Source of the DNA: Clostridia bacterium
GTDB taxonomy: Bacteria > Bacillota > Clostridia > Christensenellales > Aristaeellaceae
Direction of reading: 5' to 3'
Length of the DNA: 64,000 bases
NCBI GenBank assembly: GCA_017522345.1
Contig: JAFWZN010000049.1
Location: forward strand, 7,274-71,273
How positions within the stretch are numbered: position 1 is the stretch's first letter; each line of letters begins with the position of its first letter. Position numbers and translations under genes: made by a program. Of this stretch, positions 1 through 11,145 are shown in pieces. Under the pieces are notes generated by a model. The model saw nothing but the letters and a program-made list of their open reading frames with translations, did not search any database and had not been told where the DNA came from.

Positions 1-1
1 C

Positions 2-1665
<1,664 letters not shown>

Positions 1666-1674
1666 ATAAATCTA

Positions 1675-1711
1675 AAAAACCTGCGCTGAAGTGTCATCGC
1701 GCAGGTTTTTT
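1675..1711 (+). terminator. rho-independent terminator of the atp operon
   Basis: Stem aacctgcgc / gcgcaggtt followed by a T-run. Confidence 0.8.
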
Positions 1712-1732
1712 GAAAATGCGGAGGAGAGGTTT

Positions 1733-2392
1733 ATGATTTTAAAAGGCGCAGTGATCAATTTTCTGGGCGACAGCATTACGCAGGGCGTAGGCGCGTCGGC
1801 CATCGAGAACCGCTTTACCGATGTGCTTGAAAGGGAATTTGAACTCAAAAAGGCCAACAACTACGGCATTTCCGGCTCCCGCATTGCGCGGCAGAAGGTA
1901 ATGAGCGGTGTGCCCAGCGACCGCGACTATTGCATGCGCATGGAGGAAATGGACGAAGCTGCCGACGCGGTGGTTGTCTTTGGCGGTACGAATGATTACG
2001 GCCATGGTCAGGCGGATATCGGAACGCCGAACGACCGCACGCCGGAAACCTTTTACGGCGCATGCCATTATCTGATGAATGGTCTACTGGACAGATTTTG
2101 CGGAAAGCCCATCCTGATTCTCACGCCCCTTCACAGAACGGACGAAGACAACCCCAAGGGCTCAGGCTCCTACAAGCCGGAGGACGTAGCGCCGCTTAAG
2201 GAGTATCGCAGAATCCTGATGGAGGTTGCGCAGTTTTATGCGCTTCCCGTTCTGGACCTGTACGCGGTCAGCGGCATACAGCCGGAAAACAAAACCTGCA
2301 TGGAGCGCCTTCTGCCCGACGGTCTTCACCCGAGCGATGAAGGGCACAGGCTGATTGCCATGAAGATCGGCAATTTCTTAAAGACGTTGTAG
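1733..2392 (+). CDS. SGNH/GDSL family hydrolase
   Basis: FLGDSITQG (GDS block) and DGLHPSDEGH (DxxH block). I chose the ATG at 1733 because it follows GGAGGAGAGG, not the upstream in-frame start inside the terminator. Confidence 0.85.
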   Translation: MILKGAVINFLGDSITQGVGASAIENRFTDVLEREFELKKANNYGISGSRIARQKVMSGVPSDRDYCMRMEEMDEAADAVVVFGGTNDYGHGQADIGTPNDRTPETFYGACHYLMNGLLDRFCGKPILILTPLHRTDEDNPKGSGSYKPEDVAPLKEYRRILMEVAQFYALPVLDLYAVSGIQPENKTCMERLLPDGLHPSDEGHRLIAMKIGNFLKTL

Positions 2393-2400
2393 AAAGGCAA

Positions 2401-2446
2401 AAAAACGTCCGAAACCCGTTTTTTAAATGGTTTCGGACGTTTTTTG
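2401..2446. terminator. bidirectional terminator
   Basis: aaaaacgtccgaaacc ... ggtttcggacgttttt, with A/T runs on both sides, between convergent genes. Confidence 0.85.
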
Positions 2447-2452
2447 TTTGGG

Positions 2453-3109
2453 TTATTCGGCGTTATTTTCAGCGCACTCGGTGCACTTGCCGCCGTCGCA
2501 GTATCTGCAGTCGATTTTAAATTCCTCGTTGCAGTCGTCGCATTTGCCCGTGCCTCTGCAGTCGGTGCAGTTGCTTAAAAGAAGACTCGTAAATTTGCCC
2601 TGATTTTTGCCGGTGCCCTCGCACTTCAGACACGTGCCGCCTTCGCAGTCGGGACAGTCGATAAAGCCGTTTTCGCAATGGATGCACACGCCGTTTTCGC
2701 AATGCACGCATTCCTCGTCGGCAGGCGCTTCTTCGCTGCCAGCGGCGGGTTTTTCTTTCGCGTTATCTTCTTGATTTTTTTCGTCGTCTTCTTTGTTGTC
2801 TTCATCGTCGCTTGTGAAGATGCCTGCGATCCCGCCTACAACACCCTTGACCGCGCGTACGACGGCGATGCAGCTGAAAAGAATGGCTACGGCTAAGATG
2901 ATTGCGAGAACCAGCTTATACTTATCTTTGACAATGCTTCTAAAGAATTCCGAGGCCTTTCCCCAGACGAATTTTGCGCCGGAGACGATTTTCGGATTAA
3001 CGGTATGAAACGCCTTTACAATGTAAGACCAAACAAGCTTCACAAATACGCAAATCTTATCCCAAACGCGCTTTAAAAACGCTTTTGCGGCGGCAAGCTT
3101 TTCATTCAT
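2453..3109 (-). CDS. single-pass membrane protein with acidic linker and C-terminal 8x CxxC (DnaJ-type zinc-finger-like) domain
   Basis: TM segment LVLAIILAVAILFSCIAVV, a D/E/K-rich linker, then CVHC, CIHC, CPDC, CLKCEGTG, CTDCRGTG, CDDC, CRYC and CTEC. Confidence 0.75.
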   Translation of the reverse strand: MNEKLAAAKAFLKRVWDKICVFVKLVWSYIVKAFHTVNPKIVSGAKFVWGKASEFFRSIVKDKYKLVLAIILAVAILFSCIAVVRAVKGVVGGIAGIFTSDDEDNKEDDEKNQEDNAKEKPAAGSEEAPADEECVHCENGVCIHCENGFIDCPDCEGGTCLKCEGTGKNQGKFTSLLLSNCTDCRGTGKCDDCNEEFKIDCRYCDGGKCTECAENNAE

Positions 3110-3204
3110 TGTGCGGATTCCTCCTGATTTTAATGTGAATGCACATAATGACTTTATTGTATACCCGTAAAGTCATTCAGTCAAGGGCTGCATCGTAAAA
3201 AACG

Positions 3205-3237
3205 TACAAAAAAACGCCGGATGCGCATGCATCCGGC
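3205..3237 (-). terminator. rho-independent terminator after the SH3b-repeat gene
   Basis: Stem gccggatgc / gcatccggc, followed by a T7 run on the minus strand. Confidence 0.75.
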
Positions 3238-3249
3238 TTAAAATCGTTC

Positions 3250-3963
3250 TTACTTAAGCTTCAGATAGTTGGCGGACATATAGCCGGTGTAGCCGTTCCA
3301 CTGAACCTTCCACCAGCCGGCGGTGGTCTTTTCAAGAACCTTCACGGTGGTTCCGCGGGTAAAGGCGGTCTTGATGGCGTACTGGGTGCCCGTGCCGGCG
3401 CGTAAATTTACGACGCTGCCGGTTACGGTTGCGTAGGTGGCTGCGGGAGCGCTTGCGGAGGTTTTGATGTAGGTCTTGCTCATGTAGCCCTGTGTGCCGG
3501 AAGCGGTTTCAACCAGATACCAGGAACCGTTTTCACCAAGAACTTTGACCTTGGTTCCGTTTTTCAGCTGACCCATGGAGGCGGTGGAAGTAGAGGCGCC
3601 CGCGCGAAGGTTGACGGAGCTGCCGGCGTGCTTGGTTGTTACATAGCCGGTATAGCTGCCGCCGTAGTAGTTGGTGCCGTCGGCATAGTTCGCGCCGTTT
3701 CCGGAGATGTAAAGGTTTTTGATGTAGCCGACGCGGCCGGAGGAAGTTACAACCTTGCTCCATACGCTGCCCTTGGAAAGCACTTCAATCAAATCGCCGT
3801 TTTTCACATAGCCGTTTGAGCCATAATTGGTGCCAGGGCCTTTGCGAAGGTGCAAAGAGCCATTTTTATAGGCGAGAGATACGCTTTCCGCGCCGGCCAT
3901 CATGGGAAGCGTGAAGGAAAGAAGCATTGCAATTACCAAAAGAACGGAAAGTTTGCGTTTCAT
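3250..3963 (-). CDS. secreted protein with three bacterial SH3 (SH3b) repeats and no catalytic domain
   Basis: Signal peptide MKRKLSVLLVIAMLLSFTLPMMAGA. Three repeats of the pattern LN/HLR.G.G....G.......V.VL.....W.KV...G..GYM/I. Confidence 0.8.
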   Translation of the reverse strand: MKRKLSVLLVIAMLLSFTLPMMAGAESVSLAYKNGSLHLRKGPGTNYGSNGYVKNGDLIEVLSKGSVWSKVVTSSGRVGYIKNLYISGNGANYADGTNYYGGSYTGYVTTKHAGSSVNLRAGASTSTASMGQLKNGTKVKVLGENGSWYLVETASGTQGYMSKTYIKTSASAPAATYATVTGSVVNLRAGTGTQYAIKTAFTRGTTVKVLEKTTAGWWKVQWNGYTGYMSANYLKLK

Positions 3964-4245
3964 CGTTAAAAACCTCCTGTGAGTTTGAATATCATTTAGA
4001 CGGATTTATTGTACCATAGGTTTCATGTAAATTCCAGTGATTGAATTACGTTTCTATGAACAATAAACAAAAAGAATGACATAGAAAAGAATGATTTCGT
4101 TTCGTGATTCAAGACTTCGGTATCTTTTGCGTATGGATCCGGAGAAGACGTTTTTTTGCCGTCTGCACCATTTCTCGCCCGACTCATATGATGCCATGTG
4201 GGCGAAAACGCCGCCCCGAAGCTAACGAATCAGGGAGGTATGCGC

Positions 4246-5316
4246 ATGTCTTTCTACTCATACAAAAACGCCAATGCCGACGCGAGCCCCGGCGTAATCA
4301 GCGGAAACGCGTGGGACGGAATCTGCGAGCGCATCTGTGTTCAGGTGAAAAACGTATATGACTCGTGTCTTCAGCAGGAGCAGCTGGACAATCGGGAAGT
4401 GACGCTTTCCAATATTGTTCCGGTGCTTACCAACTCCGGCTGCGGCGCGCAGGACATAAACCGCTCCTGCAGATGCGATTGCACGGGCAACGCTTGCTCC
4501 TGCAAATGCGGTACCTGCGGCGAGATTACGTATCAGGACGCTCTGGAAAATGCGGAAAACGCATCCTGTATTCCGCAGCCCTGCGGCACATGGACGTTTG
4601 AATCCTGCCGCTCGTCTCAGATTGAGGGCGTGATTTCCAATCTCTCCGTTGACCGCCTGTGCGATCGTCCGCAGTTTGCCCGCGTAAAAGCCGACGTTTC
4701 CATTCCGATTGACGTATTGTTTATCGACCAGCGCTGTCAGGAATGGATGGGTCAGTCTACGATCACGGTTTCAAAGGATGTTCTTCTGGCGATCCCCGAG
4801 GAATCCATTGTGCCCTTTACGCTTGAAAGCATGGTCAGCGCCATCTGCGTAAGCGGAAGATACATCGGAAACTGCCGCTTTGAAATCACCGTCTGCGTGA
4901 CCGTCGTATTAAAGATTCTGGCGGAAGTTGAGGTCATGATTCCCTCCTATGGCTTCTGTGAAATCCCGCCGTGCGAAGAGTTTGCGGAAAGCGTCTGCGA
5001 CGAGTTCTTTGCGCTGCCTATCTTCCCGCGTTCGGGCGCGTGCCAGCAGAATGCAAGCGCGGCTGCCGCCTCTGCGAACATGGCCGCAAACGGGGGATGC
5101 AGCTTTTATACCGGCGGCAAGCCCTACTGCAACAGCTGCACAAACGTGAGCGGCGCGTCGAGCGCATGCAATACGTGCGCAAACGGATGCTCGGCGAGCG
5201 TTTCCAATGTCAACGGCTGCACGGGCTGCTCCACCTGTTCCAATTGCGGAACCAGCTGCGCATCCTCGTCCACGCTCTGCCCCCGCTGCGGAAGCGCGAT
5301 GACGTCGATGACCTAA
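4246..5316 (+). CDS. cysteine-rich protein of unknown function (possible spore coat/surface protein)
   Basis: I chose the ATG at 4246, 7 nt after GGGAGG. I count about 36 Cys in 356 aa. The C-terminal tail is C/S/N/G/T-rich (CNSCTNVSGASSACNTCANGCSAS...CSTCSNCGTSC). Confidence 0.7.
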   Translation: MSFYSYKNANADASPGVISGNAWDGICERICVQVKNVYDSCLQQEQLDNREVTLSNIVPVLTNSGCGAQDINRSCRCDCTGNACSCKCGTCGEITYQDALENAENASCIPQPCGTWTFESCRSSQIEGVISNLSVDRLCDRPQFARVKADVSIPIDVLFIDQRCQEWMGQSTITVSKDVLLAIPEESIVPFTLESMVSAICVSGRYIGNCRFEITVCVTVVLKILAEVEVMIPSYGFCEIPPCEEFAESVCDEFFALPIFPRSGACQQNASAAAASANMAANGGCSFYTGGKPYCNSCTNVSGASSACNTCANGCSASVSNVNGCTGCSTCSNCGTSCASSSTLCPRCGSAMTSMT

Positions 5317-5426
5317 AATTTTACCAAAGCCAAGTTTCCCGCCGGATCAGGCGGTTTATATAGGCGCCCGGCTGATGAAAGCATTTTTACAAAAGAAAAG
5401 GGCGCCAAGCGTACATAGTAAAAAAT

Positions 5427-5468
5427 ATTCGCCTGCGCATTCATAAAGAACTTATGATTCGCAGGCGA
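5427..5468. terminator. bidirectional terminator
   Basis: ttcgcctgcg ... cgcaggcgaa with inner pairing, between convergent genes. Confidence 0.7.
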
Positions 5469-5475
5469 ACGTATT

Positions 5476-6279
5476 TTACAGAACCAGAATATCGTTGTCC
5501 GTCAGTGAGAGAACCTCTGCAATCGCTCTGGCTGCAAGAATGTTTCTCTGGCTTGCCGGGTGGTGGCAGTCGGAGCCGAAGGTGAAGCGGCAGCCGCATT
5601 CCTTGGCGATTGCAAAAAACTGCCATTTTGGATTTCGTTTGATTTCCTCATCCGTTTTGTTCAAAAAGGGACTTGTGTTGATTTCAATGGCGATGCTTTT
5701 TTCTTTGGCTTCTAAAAAGATATCTTCATATTCGCTTCGGGAAATCAGGGGATAGAGGAGGCTTTTGTCATACGGACAAGCCACTGCGTCAAAGGGATGA
5801 GCGAGCGCGGTAATGTATTTGGCGCGGGCGCTTTTGAGAATTTCATGCGTAGCCTTTACCATAAAATCGGCGTGCGCCTGATAGGGCTCGTAAAGGGATT
5901 TGGGCATCATCATGTGTGTGTGGGAATTTGGGATCAGAACAAAATCCAGAATTTCGCCCGCTTCGTCGCTAAGCGCGATATCGCATCGTACGGGATCGTA
6001 CTCAGCCTCCGCTCCGAAGAGAATGCGAAGCCCCTTTGCGTCGACCGACTTGATTTCCTCCCGGGCTTTCAGCACATGAGAAAGATTTTGCGGGCTGTAG
6101 AAAGGACGCCAGTAATCTTCGTCTCCGAGCGGAATTTTGTCGTCCCACAAATGATCGGCGATGCCGAGCGTATCAAGGCCCAGCTCCGCCGCCTGCCGGA
6201 TATAGGCTTCAAGCGTCGCCTCCGGCTTTGCGCAGCTGGATAAATGCGTGTGCATGTGAAGATCCTGCGTGATTTTCAT
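5476..6279 (-). CDS. PHP domain (histidinol-phosphatase-like) metal-dependent phosphoesterase
   Basis: N-terminal MKITQDLHMHTHLSSCA (HxH motif). I chose the ATG at 6279 after AAAGGGG. It lies immediately downstream of dnaX. Confidence 0.8.
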   Translation of the reverse strand: MKITQDLHMHTHLSSCAKPEATLEAYIRQAAELGLDTLGIADHLWDDKIPLGDEDYWRPFYSPQNLSHVLKAREEIKSVDAKGLRILFGAEAEYDPVRCDIALSDEAGEILDFVLIPNSHTHMMMPKSLYEPYQAHADFMVKATHEILKSARAKYITALAHPFDAVACPYDKSLLYPLISRSEYEDIFLEAKEKSIAIEINTSPFLNKTDEEIKRNPKWQFFAIAKECGCRFTFGSDCHHPASQRNILAARAIAEVLSLTDNDILVL

Positions 6280-6299
6280 GAAAGACGCCCCTTTCACTG

Positions 6300-7889
6300 T
6301 CAGTCTGTGACTTCCACCATATCGCGTCCGAAGATTTCAAAGGTTCTGGCAAGGGCTTCTCCGCTGATACCCCTGGGAACGACCTCTTTTCCATCGTCGA
6401 TTTTCAAATTGACGGTCATTTTTTCGCCGAAGCTTTCCGAAAATGCGGATTCGAGCAGCTGCGGCTTTCTCTCCAGCGCCTGCATGTGAATGCGGGCGTT
6501 TTTGTCAAAGGATACGAAAACCACGTTTGCGTCGCGGCCTGCAAATTTTGCGGTTCTTAAAGAGCCCCTGATGGAGGGATTCTGGCTAAGAAGCTCGATG
6601 GCCTTGTCAAACATCGCCTCGTCCTGCGATTTGGGGCCTTTTATTTTGGTTGCTTCGGCCTGTTTAGCGGGCGCGGGCGCTGTCTTTCCGGCGGCGGGCG
6701 GAGGCGCGGGCTGCGCATTTTCTGCCACTACGCCGTTTTTGAGCTTGTTTTCCATGATTTCGATGCGCTCCATCAGCGCTTCCACGCTGTCGCCCTCCGC
6801 CGGGAAGCAGGCGCGCACGGCGCACATTTCAAGGATGGAGCGGGGATTCGATACCCATTTCATATCGCCCTCGGCGCGGATGAAAAGGTCCATGGACCGC
6901 ATCAGGCGCGTTTGTTCAAAGCGTTCGGTTTGCTGAATAAAGCGCTCGGCGTCCTCGGGCGTGATTTCGGTGAGATTTGCAAGGTCGCCCGGAACGAGCC
7001 GCGCCATAAGCAAGGTTCTCATATGCTGGGCGGCTTCCCTTGCAAACACCTGCGGGTCGCGGCCGTCGCGCATGGCGCGGTCGATCAGGGAAACGGCAAG
7101 GGCGGTATCGCTGTTGAGAATGGCGCCGACAAATTCAAACATGAATTCGCGGCCGGTCGTGCCCAGAACCTCGCGCACAAGCGGCGCGGAAACGGCGTCC
7201 GTGCAATAGCTTAAGCACATGTCAAGAAGGGAAAGCGCGTCGCGCATGCCGCCCTCGGAGGCTCTTGCGATTTCGTTCAGCGCTTCTTCTTCCGCACTTC
7301 GGTGAATGCCGTTTAGTACGACCTTCATGCGGTCGACAATCACGTTTTGCGGGATGCGTCTGAAATCATACCTTTGGCAGCGGGACAAAACCGTCGCGGG
7401 CAGCTTTTGCGGTTCGGTGGTTGCGAGGATAAAAACGGCGTGCGCCGGCGGCTCTTCCAACGTCTTTAAAAGCGCGTTGAATGCGCTTGTAGACAGCATG
7501 TGAACCTCGTCGATGATATAAACCTTGTATTTTCCGATGGTCGGAGGATAGGCGATTCTGTCTCTGAGCGCACGAACCTCGTCAACGCCGTTGTTGGATG
7601 CGGCGTCGATTTCCAGTACGTCCATATTGTTTTCGTTTTTTAGCTGAACGCACGCTTCGCACGCGCCGCACGGTTCGCCGTCTTCTGTATTCATGCAGTT
7701 GATGGCGCGGGAAAGCACCTTTGCCGTCGTCGTTTTGCCGGTTCCGCGGCTTCCTGAGAAAAGATAGGCATGCGCGACATGTCCCATCACGATCTGTCTT
7801 TTCAGGGTCTTGGTTACGGCTTCCTGTCCGCATACATCTGAAAATTTTTCGGGTCTCCACGCGCGGTACAGCGCCTGATAGCTGCTCAT
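6300..7889 (-). CDS. dnaX: DNA polymerase III subunit gamma/tau
   Basis: Walker A GSRGTGKTT, zinc module CGACEAC, the IIDEVHMLS box and SRCQRYDF. Confidence 0.95.
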   Translation of the reverse strand: MSSYQALYRAWRPEKFSDVCGQEAVTKTLKRQIVMGHVAHAYLFSGSRGTGKTTTAKVLSRAINCMNTEDGEPCGACEACVQLKNENNMDVLEIDAASNNGVDEVRALRDRIAYPPTIGKYKVYIIDEVHMLSTSAFNALLKTLEEPPAHAVFILATTEPQKLPATVLSRCQRYDFRRIPQNVIVDRMKVVLNGIHRSAEEEALNEIARASEGGMRDALSLLDMCLSYCTDAVSAPLVREVLGTTGREFMFEFVGAILNSDTALAVSLIDRAMRDGRDPQVFAREAAQHMRTLLMARLVPGDLANLTEITPEDAERFIQQTERFEQTRLMRSMDLFIRAEGDMKWVSNPRSILEMCAVRACFPAEGDSVEALMERIEIMENKLKNGVVAENAQPAPPPAAGKTAPAPAKQAEATKIKGPKSQDEAMFDKAIELLSQNPSIRGSLRTAKFAGRDANVVFVSFDKNARIHMQALERKPQLLESAFSESFGEKMTVNLKIDDGKEVVPRGISGEALARTFEIFGRDMVEVTD

Positions 7890-7919
7890 TTTTTTACTCC
7901 TTACATTTATGAGGGGGGG

Positions 7920-8900
7920 TCAAATTAAATCGCGCCTCAATGCGTGAATCTGAGAAATGACGGGCTCGCTTGCGTCCATTTTGAGAACGCTTAATCCCTC
8001 GCTTAATTGCGTATCATTGGTAAAGGATGCGATAGCGACTGCGGGGAAGGGCTGGCTTATAAAATAAAGAAGCGAAAGCGCGGTCATGGAAATGCCGGTT
8101 TCATTGTGAAGGGATAAAAGGGCGCTGTAAATTTCATCGTTCAAAGGATCCTTGTAGGTGGTGATAAGATCGCCTCTCATGGGCGCGCCGTTTCTGCGTT
8201 TTTCAAAATAGCCCTTGGCAACCGAACGATAGGCCATGGCGGAAAGATGATTTTCCGCATGCCACTGATAGGTGTCTTTATCCATAGCTACGAGGGTTTT
8301 GTCGGCGATTTCGTCAATCGTTATGTGGGCAAGGGACCACATGAGCTGATTCATGGTAAAGCCGGAAAGGCCGTTTAGACGGCAATACGCCTGCGCCTCG
8401 ACTGCGCGCTTCAGCGTCCAGTTGGAGAAGCCGTAATTTCTGATCTTGCCCTTATTTTTTATTTCCTCAAGCGTCTCCATGACTTCGCCCACGGGCATGG
8501 AAGGGTCGTCTCTGTGGAGAAAATACATGTCGATGACGTCTGTGCCGAGGTTTTGAAGGCTTTTGTCTACGTCGGATAACAATTCGTCTCTCTTAAGGCG
8601 TATGGTAAAGCTTTCATCGTTTGCCAGAGGATGGCCGCCCTTGGTGGAGATGACGATTTTATCGTATGCGTTTCTTGCCTTAAGCCACCGCCCCACCACT
8701 TTTTCGCTTGCGTGCATTTCAGCGGTTGGGGGAAAACAGCCGTAAACGGAGGCGGTGTCAATGAAGTTTCCGCCTGCGTCCAGATACGCGTCCATCTGGT
8801 AAAACGCTTCTTTTTCGCTGGTTTTTGTACCGTAGTTGACCGTGCCCAAAGACAGCGGCGACACCGCCAAATCCGTGCCGGTTATTCGAATTTTCTCCAT
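7920..8900 (-). CDS. aldo/keto reductase family oxidoreductase
   Basis: LSLGTVNYG...GGNFIDTASVYG and overall AKR-like pattern, 326 aa. Confidence 0.85.
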   Translation of the reverse strand: MEKIRITGTDLAVSPLSLGTVNYGTKTSEKEAFYQMDAYLDAGGNFIDTASVYGCFPPTAEMHASEKVVGRWLKARNAYDKIVISTKGGHPLANDESFTIRLKRDELLSDVDKSLQNLGTDVIDMYFLHRDDPSMPVGEVMETLEEIKNKGKIRNYGFSNWTLKRAVEAQAYCRLNGLSGFTMNQLMWSLAHITIDEIADKTLVAMDKDTYQWHAENHLSAMAYRSVAKGYFEKRRNGAPMRGDLITTYKDPLNDEIYSALLSLHNETGISMTALSLLYFISQPFPAVAIASFTNDTQLSEGLSVLKMDASEPVISQIHALRRDLI

Positions 8901-9137
8901 TGGATTATCTCCTTATTGGCTTTTCCTTATTGTAACACCAATTTCAGATATCGTAAAGTCCCATTCGGGAATATATTGTCTTTCGGAAAAAACGATAAAA
9001 AGCCGATAAAGAGAGCGGAAAAATGCGCGCTGTTTAACCCAAAGGTAAACCAAAGAGCCGGGAAGGTGTGATATAATGAGGCAAGAACCCGCGGAATTTG
9101 GGATTTCCGGCATTTTAGACGAATGGGAAGTGTTGAC

Positions 9138-10211
9138 ATGCGCATTGTCTTAACCGGCGGCGGTACGGCCGGTCATGTTACCCCTCATCTGGCCATTATT
9201 CCAAGACTCCTGAAAGAAGGATGGGAAATCCATTACATCGGCTCCGAGACCGGCATCGAGAAGGATCTGATTGAAAGCATCGAGGGCGTGACCTATCACG
9301 CAATCAAAACCGGAAAGCTCAGAAGATATTTCAGCGCCCGAAACTTTACCGATCCTCTGCGCGTTATGGCAGGCGCTTATCAGAGCATCCGGCTTCTTAG
9401 GAAAATCAAGCCCAATATCGTATTCTCCAAGGGCGGCTATGTTTCCGTGCCCGTTGTGTATGCAGCAGCGCTCAATCGGATTCCCGCCATTATCCATGAA
9501 TCCGACATGACCAGCGGCCTTGCCAATAAGCTGAGCCTGCCCTTCGCCAAAGAGCTTTTGTGCACCTTCCCGGAAACGGCAAAGGAAGCGGGCAAAAAAG
9601 CCTTGTATATCGGGGCTCCGATTCGCGACGAGCTGTTAAAGGGAAAACGCGAAAAAGGCATGAAGCTGTTCGGCTTTAACGAAAACCGTCCCGTTCTTAT
9701 GGTCGTGGGCGGCTCGTTGGGCGCGCAGGCCATCAATCGTGCGGTCAGGGGCGCGCTTACGGAATTGACCAAGTGCTTTCAGGTTCTTCACATTTGCGGA
9801 AACGGAAACGTGGACGGAAAATACGAGGGCATGAAGGGCTATCATCAGGTACAGTATCTGAAGGAAGAAATGGCGGACGCCTATGCCTGTGCCGACGTTG
9901 TGATTTCAAGAGCCGGCTCCAACACGATTTGCGAGCTGCTTGCGCTCAGAAAGCCGACGCTGCTCATTCCCTATCCTTCCACCGCTTCCCGCGGAGATCA
10001 GCTGGTCAACGCCGCTTCCTTTGAAAGACGCGGTTTTTCAAGAGTTCTGGAGCAAAACGACCTCACGCCCGACACGCTGGTCAAGCGCGTGATCGAGGTG
10101 TACCGCGACCGCGGGCAGCTGATTGACAGCATGAACCGCGAGCCGCATATGAAGGCTGCGGACAGAATCGTCGAGAGAATTCATTACCACGCCAAAAAAG
10201 ACAAAGAATAG
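9138..10211 (+). CDS. murG: undecaprenyldiphospho-muramoylpentapeptide beta-N-acetylglucosaminyltransferase
   Basis: MRIVLTGGGTAGHVTPHLAI and the C-terminal SRAGSNTICELLA...P motif. Start set at the MRIVLTGGG Met. Confidence 0.93.
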   Translation: MRIVLTGGGTAGHVTPHLAIIPRLLKEGWEIHYIGSETGIEKDLIESIEGVTYHAIKTGKLRRYFSARNFTDPLRVMAGAYQSIRLLRKIKPNIVFSKGGYVSVPVVYAAALNRIPAIIHESDMTSGLANKLSLPFAKELLCTFPETAKEAGKKALYIGAPIRDELLKGKREKGMKLFGFNENRPVLMVVGGSLGAQAINRAVRGALTELTKCFQVLHICGNGNVDGKYEGMKGYHQVQYLKEEMADAYACADVVISRAGSNTICELLALRKPTLLIPYPSTASRGDQLVNAASFERRGFSRVLEQNDLTPDTLVKRVIEVYRDRGQLIDSMNREPHMKAADRIVERIHYHAKKDKE

Positions 10212-10220
10212 CATTATCAG

Positions 10221-10251
10221 CGCCATCGCCTGACGAGACGATGGCGTTTTT
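10221..10251 (+). terminator. rho-independent terminator after murG
   Basis: cgccatcg ... cgatggcg followed by ttttt. Confidence 0.75.
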
Positions 10252-10377
10252 CAGCGAAAACGGGAAAAACAGAATTATTTTCATCTGTGTGTTTTCAAAG
10301 ATCAGGAAAAGTGGTATAATTGGCACAAAACGCCAATGGCAAAAGCGGACAGTCTCTTTTGAGAAAGGAAGAAGCGT

Positions 10378-11145
10378 ATGCGTATTGTTACTTATAATCT
10401 GCGCTGCGACGTAAAGAATGACGGCGTGAACAGCTTTACAAGCAGAAAAGGCTTGGTTCTTAATAAAATTGATCAGGAAATGCCGGATGTGATCGGATTT
10501 CAGGAGGTTACGCCGCCGATGAACGCGTTTCTTCATAAAAAGCTTTCGGGCTATACGCTTGTCGGCTGCGGACGCGGAGAGGATTATGCGGACGAACACA
10601 ACCCTGTCGCGTTCAGACCCGACCGGTACGAGCTGATCGGCCTTGATGTTACATGGCTTTCCGAAACGCCGTATGCGCCAGGAACGCGGTATAAAATTCA
10701 GTCCATCTGTCCGCGCATCATCACCCATGTTATTCTTCGCCCCCTTGGCTATAACGCAAAGCCTTTCCATGTGTACAACACTCATCTGGATCATGAATCC
10801 TCGCAGGCGCGGCAGCAGGGCGCAAAGCGGCTTTTGGAAAAAATGGAAGAGGATCAGAAGACGCATCCCTTCCCGGCGCTTGTTACGGGCGATTTCAACG
10901 CTTTGCCCGATGCGCCGGAAATTCGGATGATTCAGGAAAAGCTTTCCGATCTTACGGAGAATGTCGGCGTGACGTTCCACAATTTCGGCCGCAAGACAGA
11001 CGGACAGATCGATTACATTTTCGCAAGCGGATTTGACAAGGAAGCTTCGGCGGTCAAGTGGACGGACGAATGGAACGGCGTTTTCCTGTCAGACCATTAT
11101 CCGATTGAGTGCCGGGTCAAAAGAAAGGACGGCGGAGAGGTATGA
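10378..11145 (+). CDS. endonuclease/exonuclease/phosphatase (EEP) family protein
   Basis: MRIVTYNLR...VIGFQEV...GDFN...SDHYPIE, the classic EEP blocks. Confidence 0.88.
   Translation: MRIVTYNLRCDVKNDGVNSFTSRKGLVLNKIDQEMPDVIGFQEVTPPMNAFLHKKLSGYTLVGCGRGEDYADEHNPVAFRPDRYELIGLDVTWLSETPYAPGTRYKIQSICPRIITHVILRPLGYNAKPFHVYNTHLDHESSQARQQGAKRLLEKMEEDQKTHPFPALVTGDFNALPDAPEIRMIQEKLSDLTENVGVTFHNFGRKTDGQIDYIFASGFDKEASAVKWTDEWNGVFLSDHYPIECRVKRKDGGEV

Noticed and set aside
4104-4361. 85 aa ORF, and the longer 4198 start for the Cys-rich gene
   Set aside because: The 85 aa ORF is Arg-rich, has no RBS and is out of frame with the real gene. GGGAGG at 4233-4238 fits the ATG at 4246, not the upstream starts.
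7625-7650. A-run (CTAAAAAACG on the coding strand) in dnaX as a possible programmed frameshift site
   Set aside because: It lies at about codon 83, inside the ATPase domain. That is far upstream of where a gamma-producing frameshift would occur, and it reads sensibly in frame (LKNEN).
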